Assembly: GCA_050575255.1 (NCBI GenBank)
Contig: JBNZDD010013514.1
Coordinates: forward strand, 647,985-711,984
Reading direction: 5' to 3'
DNA from: Harriotta raleighana
Lineage: Eukaryota
Length of the DNA: 64,000 bases
This document shows positions 25,440 to 37,151 of the stretch, piece by piece. A program made the translations under genes and the position numbers. The first letter of the stretch is position 1. Each line of letters begins with the position of its first letter. The notes beneath the pieces are model-generated. The model was given only the letters and a program-made list of their open reading frames with translations, was not told the origin of the DNA and did not search any database.

Positions 25440-26300
25440 TTCCGGGCGTGGGGAGGGGGCGGGGGGGGGGGGGGATTTATTTTCTGTGTTCTTTTTCATT
25501 CACGATCCATTCTCGAGCCAATCTACAGCCTCTCCCAATCCACTCCTTCACTGTAGTGCTTTCTTTGTTAAAAGCCCTGAGCTGAGCTGCAGTCGCCAGA
25601 CAAAGAAAACCACAAAAATTAGGCAAAAAGAAATGCTAAAATGAGTGAGGGTTTGTGAAAATATACATGCTTTTCAGATGACCTAAAGAAATCAGACCTG
25701 TGTCGCTGCGAAACACATTGTTCCACCACCTAAAACTGGATGCATTTCTCGCTCTTCCCCCCACCCCAGCCCCTCCCCTCCAGCTGTGAATATAACACAC
25801 ACACATCAACAGGGCTGGTTTGGATAAGATAGCAGAACACTCAGCTTTCATCCTTTCCCTACCGCACAAAAAAAATCAATCCTGCAGCGCAGCTCGAACC
25901 AGTCCACTGCCAGCACCGTTCCACTACCCGAGACGCTTCGATCTCTAGTGATCTTCGCAATACCGTCTTAATTGCAAACTGCTCCTGCCTGCGTACCGCA
26001 ATAATAACCAGCCATTTTGTTTCTCGTGTACACACCAGACACATTTGCCCCTCTCACTCATTAGCATACCGTCTAATTTAAGCAGAAAGCTGCTTAGCGG
26101 GGCACGTGCTGGAAATGAAGATGCCATCATGGGAGGAAGTTTTGCATATACTGCACCGCCAGCATTCGCTCCACAGGTCCACAGCAGCAATTCCAGTCTC
26201 TCCCTCTCTCTCTCTCGATTTCGCTTCTCTCTCTCTCTCCCCCGTCTTTCACGTCTTCAATCTTTTTTCCTCCTACCTACAGATTTCTAACCTCTCCATC
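25440..26300 (-). promoter_or_regulatory. Candidate intronic promoter/enhancer of TANC2
   Basis: Repeat-free and locally CpG-rich. Contains E-box CACGTG (26103), octamer-like CATTAGCAT and TTTGCATAT, GC box/G-runs (25444-25474), a (CT)n tract, and candidate donors at 25863 and 25034. Confidence 0.45.
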
Positions 26301-27164
26301 CATCCGTATTTTGGAGTCCTTCTCCATTACACTGCTTTTTTAAAAATTTTAAAGTAATGAAAGCAATCTGCTAATCTATTTCATTCGTTCCCAGCGTTTC
26401 TGTGAATTTCTTTCTCTCTTTTTGCAATGCAGGTGTTATATCCTTGTTTGTCTGCTCCTGATCTCTTGCTTTCCGAACTTGTCCTCCTCTATACAGCCTC
26501 CTATCTCTCTCCTAGTCTCCCTCCTTGGTATTTCTCGTCATCATGGTCTCCTGGTTTCTGATACACAGACAAATATGATCCGTGCACAAAGCTGTACCAA
26601 AATCCAACCCTCTGCAGTCTCCTAGCAGCAAACTACTCCCAATAAAGAATGCGACTACCACCCACCTTTGTTCCACACTCATGATGAAAGTTACACACAT
26701 TGCACTGAAGAATCCACTGCAGCATTTTCAGCTGAAGACAAAAGAACTAGCTAAATGGTGCAACAGCAGAACAAACGGAACAAAGCAGCAGGCACTCCAG
26801 CCATTTACTGCAGTCCTTATGCACACAGTCCACCGCTTTCACACCACCAGGTGTCTACGTAAAACCTTGCAGCTTGCAGAGGGACAGCTCATATCTTTAC
26901 GCCAAAACAACCCACTGCCTTCACACTCCACTTAACCCTTTAGATCACCAAACCGAAGACGGCATCTCTGCCTCAAAGATGCTGTTTTCACCGGAGAATG
27001 TGACGGAATACGTTATTTTGTTGTGTGATCACAATATACAATTTCAATAAAGCATATATTATTGTAATGACAAAAAAAATCTAAACTCCCCCTCCAACCC
27101 CCTCTCATTTTACTTCCCTTGGCAGTTCAAATCCCAATGTGACCAATTGAATGAGATAACCTGA

Positions 27165-27300
27165 TTTATAATAAACCTTGCGTTGATATAGCTGGCGCCT
27201 TATGTCGTGGAGACATCCCAAAGCGATTCACAAGACACACTGTAAAATGGTGCAAATCTATATTATGTAGGTGAACGCGGCAGCCATTATGCAACCAGAA
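27165..27300 (-). mobile_element. tRNA-Deu-L2 SINE, 3' part
   Basis: Tail and AACGCGGCAGCCA core. Confidence 0.75.
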
Positions 27301-27584
27301 ACACTCAGAATTGTTGACCAATTTTATTTGTGGAATCGTCGGCCTCAAATGCTCAAAGTAAATTCAAATTTACAATTCATTATCGATTTTGCCTCCCATT
27401 CTCTTGCCACCTGCCTTCAATACTCACCTGTGATTCCAATCACAGGCTCCCCATTAAAGGATGGAAAACTTTTAAGTAGGTGTTTATGATGTAAAAGGGA
27501 ATTGACAGAGTGGATTGGGATCTTCCCTATGATTTCTGAATCCAAAACACGAGATAATAATCTAAACATGAGTGCCATATATAA

Positions 27585-27690
27585 TATGATAGGCTGTACC
27601 GAGTTACAAATCAGCCGTGATTTAAGAAGAAGGCAGAGCAGACCCCGAAAGGCGTCCAAATGGCCTATTCCCGTTTCTATGTTCCTAAAT
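27585..27690 (+). mobile_element. CR1 LINE 3' end
   Basis: ATCAGCCGTGAT...GGCAGAGCAG...AAATGGCCTATTCCCGTTTCTATGTTCCTA. Confidence 0.65.
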
Positions 27691-28209
27691 ATCAGACTGG
27701 AGACCAAAATAAACACCCTATTTTTCCATTACATAGATTAGAGATCCAATATTTTGTGTCATTGACGTGAAAGGCACTCTTATCAATCTAATTTTGTTGT
27801 TGTTGTCGTCATCATTAAATTCAGTGGTTTCTGATTTATTATGTACACATGCCATAGAATTCTAATCGTGAAATACAAGTAGCCAGTATTTAATATTTTT
27901 GTAGTTACTTTGCTAAATGTTTTTCAAATGAAGCTCAGACGCAGCCAAGAATAAGCATTGCCCAAGTAATAATTTGGATTTTCTAAAGGGCAAACAGTTT
28001 ACCATGAGTATTTATCCATTAAAGGCTCTTTGCAAAGTCAGACTTCCACATTGCAGTATGTACGGTTGTGGAAAAAAAAAGTTATTCTGCTCAGCAGTTT
28101 ACAGTCAAACACTGTATCAGCAACTCAAACCTTGATGCGGAAATCTACTCAAGGACACACAGCCCAACTAGGACACACATTTTAAATACTTTAGGCATTC
28201 CATTCTAGG

Positions 28210-28312
28210 AATAATAATAATCATCCTTGCATTGGATACAGCTTTTCATGCCTTCTAGATGTCTCAGTGTGTCACAGAATGAATACTGTGTAAAGTGAAC
28301 TGGCTGTATATA
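28210..28312 (-). mobile_element. tRNA-Deu-L2 SINE 3' tail
   Basis: (AAT)n-CCTTGCATTGGATACAGC...AAAGTGAA. Confidence 0.78.
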
Positions 28313-29246
28313 TGAATCAACATCAATTAAAAGGCAATGGCGGGCTGAAAAATCCTGTTCAATCTGCATTCCTCAATCCACCATAGTACCTGGACTCTGC
28401 AATTTGTGGCATAGAATTAACTGAACTAAGTTTTTATTACAGCTTTAGCTGATGCCACAGTGTTTCTGGCGCAATCTAATACGAAGAATTAGACGACAAA
28501 AAAAAACTGCAGTGCCCCCCCCTCTTTTACTGGTTTGCGTGGTAAGATTAAATGGGACTTTTAAAACACATACATGTTTTGCAGATTAAGAAACTAGACT
28601 CCAAAACACTGAATAAGGTTCTAACTTTCTGCAAATCCATACAGATTTCAGGAAGTGTAGAGTAGAGTATATTCCCCAAATGGAAAACACTATAGAAATA
28701 AATCAACTTCAGGCCTATTCCTGAAACAGATCAGTAAATACGTCACAATTTGGCCTATTTAACTCAAAAGGGACTGGTAATTGACTAAGCGATTTCCATT
28801 CTGTATTTTCTCCCAGAAAGGTACGTGCCTCAATTACTGACTGTGAAATAGAAACACAGCAAAACATATTAGGGGCCCAATACAATTGCTCTGATTTTGT
28901 ATGAGATGGCTATCTAATTGCAAAACCACTACAGTGGCCTGGAAATATCCACTCAAATGTTCAGCAATCAGCGATTTGTGTTCTATCATAAAATCGGCGT
29001 GAATGAAAGATCATATTCAGACCTGTTCCAGTTGAAAATTAAATGTTGTTATAATTCTGTAAAAAAAAGAAACAGCTGGTGGAGATCTGCTCCATCCGCA
29101 AAGAAGTCACACTGCCTAAGTCCTTGAGAAAATTATGCACTACTGTATTTGCTAAATTATTGCTGGATCAAGTTTTCACCTTATGACACATCAAATGGAC
29201 ACACATTGATAGTGAATGCTCTTCTTATGAGTTTTAAATTTCAATA

Positions 29247-29301
29247 GACATAGGAACTGGGAAAGGTAGGCCTTTCAATCCACGGAGCCTGCTCCACCAT
29301 T
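29247..29301 (-). mobile_element. CR1 3' tail abutting a Tigger-like MITE
   Basis: ACATAGGAAC...GTAGGCC...GAGCCTGCTCCACCATTC. Confidence 0.6.
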
Positions 29302-30130
29302 CAGTAAAACCCTGTTTATCTGGCACCCATGGGACCTGGCCAGTGGCAGTTAAATGGATTTCTGGTTGAATGTTTTTTTTAATTAAAATATAATTTTTTT
29401 AAATAAAATAAATAATTATTTTAACACATACCATATTAATAATAGACTAAATAATAACAGGATATTCTATTAAAATATTATTATTTATACTTAACTTCGT
29501 AACGGCAGCACTGATTCGACAGAGGTAAAACAAAACGTGTCTTTTAAAAAGCAAAGAGTTTAGACCTAACGGCCAGCACACACACACAGACAGACACCCA
29601 CACACACATACATACACATAGACAGACACAGACCCTCAAAGATATTCAGTCTGAATCCATCATATAAATTCTATTCACAATCCTCACTCCGACCCCGTCC
29701 CTTTTCTCTCTCCCTTCCTCTTTCTCTCTGCATCAACCTGCCTGCCATTACTCTCTCTCGCTCCATTAAAAAAAAAAAAAGTTTTCCCCCATCTCTCATC
29801 CCTCCCCCTCTATCTATCTCTGGCTCTCCATCCCCCCTGCCCCCCTCTCTCTCCGTTTCCTCCATTCCCATTCCCCCTTCCTCCCTCTCTGGCCGCTACC
29901 TGCAGCAGTATTTATTATGTGTACAGTACTTAACTTCCCAACGACAGGCATTCATCCAAACAAGGTAAAAAAACAGCCGCGACTATTAAAAGGAGCAGGA
30001 ACGAGTTTAGACCTGACATTAAACACGTCGCCAGATAACTTCCGCTAATTGAATCGGGACTTTTTTTTTTGAGATGGCGGTTGAATGGGTTTTCCAATTA
30101 TTCAAGTCACGGATAAACAAGGTTTTACTG
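29302..30130 (+). mobile_element. Tigger/pogo-like (TcMar) non-autonomous DNA transposon, about 830 bp
   Basis: TIRs CAGTAAAACCCTGTTTATC / GATAAACAAGGTTTTACTG followed by TA. Internal ~90-bp direct repeat and CA/CT low-complexity tracts. Homologous to 32845-33443. Confidence 0.85.
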
Positions 30131-30294
30131 TATTATTAATTCATGGCAGTTTTAAGGTTTTTTTTTGCTTAAATTACCAATGCATCATCCTCAATCAGTT
30201 CTCATTCTCATTTGTATAAATAAATATTCTCAATTCACAGTAAGTGACTTTATTTATTTCGCCCACAAAGATACAGTCAATTCTCCTACTTTGT

Positions 30295-30405
30295 TTCCCC
30301 CTACCCCAAACCCTCCCGCCTGTTCTGATCCCTACCTAACTGTTCAGCACCTTGGGACGTCCTCCCGACGTGAAAGGCATTATATAAATGTAAGTTTTGA
30401 TTGAT
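30295..30405 (+). mobile_element. L2 LINE 3' end
   Basis: CAGCACCTTGGGACGTCCTCCCGACGTGAAAGGCATTATATAAATGTAA. Confidence 0.85.
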
Positions 30406-31079
30406 TTGATGATTGATTATCAGGAGGGAGTAGACATTTCCTTATCTTACCTTGCGAATTCCCTACAATTTTGTTAAAGAATACATTCAACCAGATGGGG
30501 TCACTCAGCCAAAATGGGCAGCTAAAACTCAAAACTCATCTTATTGTGAACTATTAGAAGCCATCACCAGGGACAACTTGTACGTATAGTTTACTGGAAC
30601 ACCAGCAAAGATTTAGTGAAACCATCTCAATTTAAAGCTCTATTAAATAGCCGAAGGGAATTACTAGAGAAGTTATGATAAACAATACACTATGCCTCTG
30701 GACTACCAGTAAAGATTGTCTCATACTAATATGTGAGAATTTAAAAAAAAAAAAATCAAACATGAAAGTCTTCTTTGTTGTAACTAAACATCTTCAAATC
30801 CAATTATAACCTTTTATTCCCAATCATTCAATATTACATTACATTTAAATCCAAATTCCTTTTAAGTTTTACTGTGTATTGGTGTGCCAATAGCAGCTGT
30901 TGTTTGAGGAAAAGGGAAGTGTGTGTGTATATATATATATATAGTATATATATTACATATATCTGTAAAAACAATGCACTTCCCTAAATAATGAAGTCTA
31001 TTGTTCCGGCAGACTTTGCTGTTCCTGTTTGAAGAGGAAATGTAAAACCGCATAATATGTAAAATTGCAATCAATCTAA

Positions 31080-31194
31080 TATTGCCCACAAAATATACAA
31101 TCACTTCATTTAACATTATATTTCATAAACTGCTTTGAGATGTATCGAAGGTGTGATAAGGCACTCTATCTAATGCAAGGAATATTATTATTAT
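31080..31194 (+). mobile_element. tRNA-Deu-L2 SINE, 3' part
   Basis: GCCCACAAAATATACA...TGCAAGGAATATTATTATT. Confidence 0.75.
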
Positions 31195-31475
31195 ATCAAA
31201 TTGAAGTTAAAAAGTGGTTTATTTCTAAGTTATCCCCCAAAATAGAGATTTTGGAAGTGATCCAGAAAACTGCAAGTTGATATTTCTCGTTGTGTTTGAA
31301 ATAGAACATTCTGGAGGAAATTAAGGTCATTTTTCATTTGAAAAAAAAGTTGAATTATCTTCAAAAAATGTACAAGTTATTTTGGGAAAGAATTAATTGG
31401 ACTAATGCAAAGTTTACCTTTTGTGATGACAAATTCTCATCTTTCAAACAGTTGCACACTCATACTCTACAAACA

Positions 31476-31625
31476 GTAATAATCCTTGATTTGATACAGC
31501 GCCTTAATCGTCTCTGAGACATCTCAAAGCACTTTGTAAAATATACTGTAAAGTGAATTGACTGTATATGTTGTAGTCGAATTGCGGCAGCCAATAGAAC
31601 ACAGCGGAAAAGCGATCCCTCAATC
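31476..31625 (-). mobile_element. tRNA-Deu-L2 SINE, 3' part
   Basis: Tail and GCGGCAGCCAAT core. Confidence 0.82.
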
Positions 31626-32572
31626 GACAAACAACTGGATTCCTACTTACCATTAGGTAAACAGAGGCGATTAAATATCCACATTTAAAGAGACAGTACC
31701 AACACAACAAATGTTACCCATCTAAACTGCCTCTCCAAGGCACACCAATCCTCAGGCTGACTGGTATGTCGTCAGTCGTGTCTCTTGAGAGTATTGCAAA
31801 CCCACCTGGTATGGGAGGTGGACTCGGAGAGTCAAATCAATTCCGATCATACATAATCTTGGGATCAGCTCAGCGACCCCCACCCCACTCCCCAGATTCC
31901 GTTTAGACATTCTACATTTTAAGAAATCCAAGTGGACGTATTCCACACAGGATGGATTAGACAAAAAAGGTAGAAGGATCAGAGCAAATAAAATGGATTG
32001 TTCTATACCTATTAACTGTATAACCAAGTGTGAAGTCTCCAGGCAAATTATGCGGCTGAGTGCAAGGGAGTAAGTTGGAACCTACTAAAGCAACATGTTC
32101 CATTTATGCTATAGAATATGACTTGTCATCTTGTAATGTAACTACTGTTCCAATAAATAGTAATATTTCATCAAGTGCAACTGTGCAAAGGGCAGGAATT
32201 TGGAATAATGCAAGAAGTCTCTCTGGAATTTAAAAAAATAATCGAAGCAAAAAGCAGTCATGAATTAATGATGCGGAGCACTGCAAATATTACTCTTTAC
32301 CAAAACAAAATTAAGAATATTAATCTCTATTACAAAATATGAATACTTTAAACTGAATGTGGCTTCAAATGTATGTTGGGTTAATGGTTAAATAACAAAC
32401 TAACATATTGAGAATGTAGCATTAATGGACATTAACACTTCAAATTTATAACTTAAAAGATGGTAATCAAAAGAAGTTGAATATATGATGCCACAGTTCA
32501 ACAAGGCCTATAATTTTGCATTAAATAAACTTTTTCAGAGATGTCCAGTCACATACCATGTAAAGACATACA

Positions 32573-32717
32573 NNNNNNNNNNNNNNNNNNNNNNNNNNNN
32601 NNNNNNNNNNNNNNNNNNNNNNNNNNNNNNNNNNNNNNNNNNNNNNNNNNNNNNNNNNNNNNNNNNNNNNNNNNNNNNNNNNNNNNNNNNNNNNNNNNNN
32701 NNNNNNNNNNNNNNNNN
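32573..32717. other. Assembly gap (145 N)
   Basis: Run of N. Confidence 1.
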
Positions 32718-32770
32718 CTCCCGACGTGAAAGGCACTATACAAGTGTAATTTTGTGTTGTTGTTGTTGTT
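32718..32770 (+). mobile_element. L2 LINE 3' tail emerging from the gap
   Basis: CTCCCGACGTGAAAGGCACTATACAAGTGTAATTTTG(TTG)n. Confidence 0.85.
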
Positions 32771-32844
32771 AAGAGAGAGAGACACATACACACAGAGAGA
32801 GGGAGAGACCACATAAAGGCAGAGAGAGAGACAGAAAGAGAGAT

Positions 32845-33146
32845 CGCTCCTCCCCTTAAAGTCGCGTTTTTTTTAACCTCGGTCGTTATTATGTTAATGC
32901 AAACTCACGCATAGTGATGCTTGTCTAACCTATAAAGCACTAAAATAGGTCGGTTGAGGGCTCCGATTGCGAAGCTAAGTATAAATAAAAGTACTGATAC
33001 AATATTCTGTTATTATTTAGTCTATTATTAATACGGTATGTGTTAAATAATTTTTAAAACAATTTTTTAAATCTGTTCAACCGGAAAAAAACATTTAATC
33101 GCCACTGGCCAGGTCTTGTGAGTGCCGGATAAATGGGATTTTACTG
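32845..33146 (-). mobile_element. Tigger-like MITE, left half, inverted
   Basis: Reverse complement of 29302-29560. Ends CCGGATAAATGGGATTTTACTG-TA. Confidence 0.82.
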
Positions 33147-33148
33147 TA

Positions 33149-33443
33149 ATACACTAAATAATAACACAATATTGTATTAGTACTTTTATTATTTATACTT
33201 AACTTCACAATGGCAGCCCTCACCCGACGGAGGTAAAAAAAAACGTGACTTTTAAAAGGAGCAGGAGCGAGTTTAGACCCGACCAGCGGCCAGCTGCTAC
33301 TCGCGTGTGACAGTCGATTCATTAAACGCATCATCACTATTCGCCGGATAACTTCTAGTTCATTGAATCGGAACTTTTTTTTTGAGATGGAGGTTGAACG
33401 GGTTTCCCAGTTCATCGAATCACGGATAAACAAGATTTTGCTG
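33149..33443 (+). mobile_element. Tigger-like MITE, right part
   Basis: Colinear with 29440-29575 and 30010-30130. Ends CGGATAAACAAGATTTTGCTG-TA. Confidence 0.85.
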
Positions 33444-33444
33444 T

Positions 33445-33578
33445 ATTGTTGTTTTTTTTTGGAGCGATTATTATCAGGCATATGGAGTAAGGAAACGTTC
33501 CCAGATTTCGCCTGCCTGGAATCGAATCCAGGTCGCTCGCTTGTGAGGCAAGTGCTCTAACCACTGAGCTACAGGACT
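33445..33578 (-). mobile_element. tRNA-Deu-L2 SINE, 5' part
   Basis: GTGCTCTAACCACTGAGCTACAGGACT is the reverse of the SINE head. Confidence 0.88.
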
Positions 33579-35859
33579 GCACAGATCCACTCTACATAAT
33601 TCGTGCTATATACCAAATCTGTGCCCAATTTCAACACAGAATTGAAAAATGGATAACATCTTCCATTCCCTATAGCTAAATACAGAGATCCTAATCTTTA
33701 GGAACACAAAATAGATAAGACATTTGTCCAATGTCTCTCCATTGTCCCTTTGGTCAAAATATCTAATAGTTGAATACCAGACTTGCAATCAGGACAAGGA
33801 CACTGAAAGTACAGTATTTAAATGCAATAATTATTATTGCCCTGTAATTACGATCTCATTAATCCCTGCATTCTACAAATTAAGGCTCGCTCTGCGCTTC
33901 TATTTTGTTCATCCCATTGGATAATATGTTAGAAACTTTCAGAAAGCTTTTTAGTAATCTCTTGGAAAAAATGTATTAGCAGTCTGTGAAAAATGTGGAT
34001 GGAAATGTGGTTCTCTCTTAAAACTGCACTCCTTAAAGACATATATTGACATGCGCTGCATGGCGTTACGGCATTGCAAAGCTGGAGTCTCATTTTTCGG
34101 ATGTTTTTAGGAAAATTGTTTCTTTAGGTTTCTCAGGTCACAACACATGTACAGCAAACCCTGGGCTTTTCCACTAGCACTCAGCCAACTGCTCCAAGAT
34201 GAGCAACTGATCAAATACGACATTTGCTGATTGTTCCTGCCCTCTTCGGGAAACACCTTGTAACAGTGATGGAACTGAGATCAGAATTGTTGTGGTAGCA
34301 CACTTTATTTCACAAATTAACAGGTGAAACACCTCAGCAATGTGTCAATGCTAAGACAATTAGGTCAGCAAGATTTATGGTTTCATGATTGTTATGCCTC
34401 CAGTTTTATGGTTGTTCATGAAGAGTGAATTTTCTTTAAGGACATTTTAGCCTCAAATGAAGGGAAAGGGTGCTTTACATGTCATCCACTAATTGGATTG
34501 CTTTATGAATCTCACATTCCTGCTTCTGAAAGAGTACCAAACCTGTACCAATGTCAAAATGGTACAACACAATGTTCTTCCTCACCGTAACAGTCTCATG
34601 CAACAGGTCACTGATTAGTTGTACATACGCCACAATGTAGGGCATCTGACAAAAGCCCAGGGTACTGGGCTAGTTCAGTCAAAGTAATCAATCTCACCCA
34701 AAAATGGGCAACGTAGGTTAATGGTACAATCAAAAATAAACCTACCATAAGAATTCTGAACAAGGTTCTGAAGATGTTTACCTTGTTTGGAAAATTATTA
34801 AGGGACCATAACAAATATTTTCTCTGTTTAATATACTGTATTAAATAAGTAGTTTAAACTTTGAAATTAATGAGACGGTAAGATATTACCAAAATCAAAT
34901 GTAATGATGATGAGATAAAACTGAGATCTAAGGCCATCTCTCCCTTTGATCCACTTTACTTTTTGAGCTTCTAAATTGCTGGGTAAAAGTACTTCAAGCA
35001 AAATGAAGGCTGTTATGGAGGCAAAGCACAACTTTCTGCAAACATAAAATTAACCCAAGGCATTAAAGACAATTTTGTCAGTTTTGTGACAATACAGGAC
35101 TGTCTGAAAACATAAATTGTGTCAAGAGAGTCAATTGCAGGATCTGGAACTTTCAGCCAACCATCCAGACCAAACTGTTCCTGAGTACGATTCATTGCTC
35201 TCCACCCACGAAACTTGGCTTTTCCATTCGAAAGTGACAGATGACGAAAGTTTAAGGGCACGTTAATGACTTCAGCGAGTTGTGTTGGACAATCTGCCAA
35301 TGATATTTATAATAAGGAATTTCGCTTTACACTTACGTAATGAGACATACACATTCCAAATCTCTTTTGTGGCTAGCAGCTTAACAGCACATTCGCATAA
35401 CTTCTTTGGGAAACAAATCTACCATACAGATCCCAGAACACACTGTACAAACCACCTTGTTCAGATTGCTAGAAGGCTTGAAAGGCAGCTGCTTCCACTT
35501 AAGAAAAAAAAAGCCCTGAACACTAAAGTATGTACATGTGCCTTTGTTTAAAATGCCACTGCTCATGCCTTAGCCTAACCAGTTGGTGGTCCCAGCATTT
35601 ATACTGTAGCAACGGCGTCCAATCACTTTAATTGTCTGGTTAATGTTCCTGAGTTACTGCCAACAGTACAACTGTGACAATGCAAAGGTAACAATGTAAA
35701 AAGGACTTAATCAGTAACGATTATTTCCCAAATTCAGACCATCGCTGTTAACATTTCTCTGCTACTTGGTTACATTGGAAACTAGATGGTGTTGAGGAAA
35801 GCTTTTAACATTCCCTTTACGTTCAAAAGGAACATTTCCCAATTTCCCAGGGTAACAGT

Positions 35860-36066
35860 TATTAATAATTTAATCCTTCCATTTGATATACCGCCTTATC
35901 ACATCATTGAGACATCTCAAAGCGCTTCACAGAATATACTGTAAAGTGAATTACTGACTATTTTGTGAGCGAAACGCGGCAGCCAATTGCGCACAGCAGT
36001 GTCCCGCAAACAGTTATGGACTGAGTGACCAAATTGTTATTATTATTTTTTTGGAAGGATTATTAC
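35860..36066 (-). mobile_element. tRNA-Deu-L2 SINE, 3' part
   Basis: Tail plus a well-preserved Deu core. Confidence 0.9.
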
Positions 36067-36563
36067 CCCAGGAAGACAATCTACCAATTGACTAACAACT
36101 CTTCATACAGACAAACTCTTTCCATGCAGGAGTTAAATGTAGAAAAACCATAAGTAGATCAACTTATTCAGATCAAGGTGATCTAAATTGGTCTGCATTC
36201 CCCAGAGCTTGTGAAACTGCAGAGTCTGGGGGTTTCAGTTTTGTAAAGATATTTTAGATACCTACAATATACTGCATAAGTTATCCAAGCCAACTCGCTT
36301 TTAACTGTGAATGCACCAAGTCATTGAGTCACGCTCTACGTTACCCTTTCTTTTCCCATGCCCAAATTCTGATTTCCCATTTTATAAGAAACTCGCAATA
36401 TATTTTCCACCTGGTGCCTAAAATTGGATGAAAATGTTTCTATGGAAATATCTGGCCGTCTTAATCCTCTTTCATTCTCTCTTCCCCAACACCTATAAAA
36501 ATATAGATAATAAAATAATAAATAATAATAAAAAACCCAGGAAAGCGATTCTGCCAATTGAGT

Positions 36564-36900
36564 GGAGCTCCTGTGGCTCAGTGGTTAGAGCACTCGCCTT
36601 ACAAGCTTTACAAGCATGAGACCTGTGTTCGAATCCAGGCAGATCAGGGCGAAACCTTGGGCAAGTTTCCTTACTTCACACGCCTAATAATAATCCCTCT
36701 AAAAAAAACCACAATAATAAAATTGGTCATTTCAATCCATGACTGTTTGTGGGACACTGCTGTGCGCAATTGGCTGCCACGTTCCGCCCACAAAACATAC
36801 AGTCAATTCACTTTACAGTATATTCTGTGAAGCGCTTTGGGACGTTGATAAGATGTGAAAAGCGCTATATCAAATGCAAGGATTATTATTATTATTATTA
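36564..36900 (+). mobile_element. tRNA-Deu-L2 SINE, full length (reference copy)
   Basis: A box TGGCTCAGTGG, B box GTTCGAATCC, Deu core GCTGTGCGCAATTGGCTGCC, L2-like tail and (ATT)n. Confidence 0.95.
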
Positions 36901-36934
36901 ACAACCAGGTTTCTAATCATAGCTAGGTAAACAG

Positions 36935-37043
36935 TAGTGTGTGAAGTAAGGAAACTTGCTCAACGTTAAACCCTGCCTAGAAATTGTTCCCCAGTCCTCT
37001 TGCTGGCGATACAAGAGCTCCAACCACTAAGCTACAGGACTCC
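36935..37043 (-). mobile_element. tRNA-Deu-L2 SINE, 5' part
   Basis: AGTAAGGAAACTTG...AACCACTAAGCTACAGGACTCC. Confidence 0.85.
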
Positions 37044-37151
37044 CAGAAGCACAGCATTTATGAGCTTACTTCTTAAGAGTACATGTGCGTTGACTCAGGA
37101 GTTTGGTGCTATTGGTTGTTGTGTGCCAATATAGTAAATAAAATTACCCAC

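Noticed and set aside
30343-30362. REST/RE1-like TTCAGCACC half site
   Set aside because: It is part of the L2 tail and lacks the GGACAG half site.
36564-36645. tRNA-like sequences with A and B boxes (also 8105, 9666, 18178, 61407)
   Set aside because: They continue into the Deu core and L2-like tail, so they are SINE heads and not tRNA genes.
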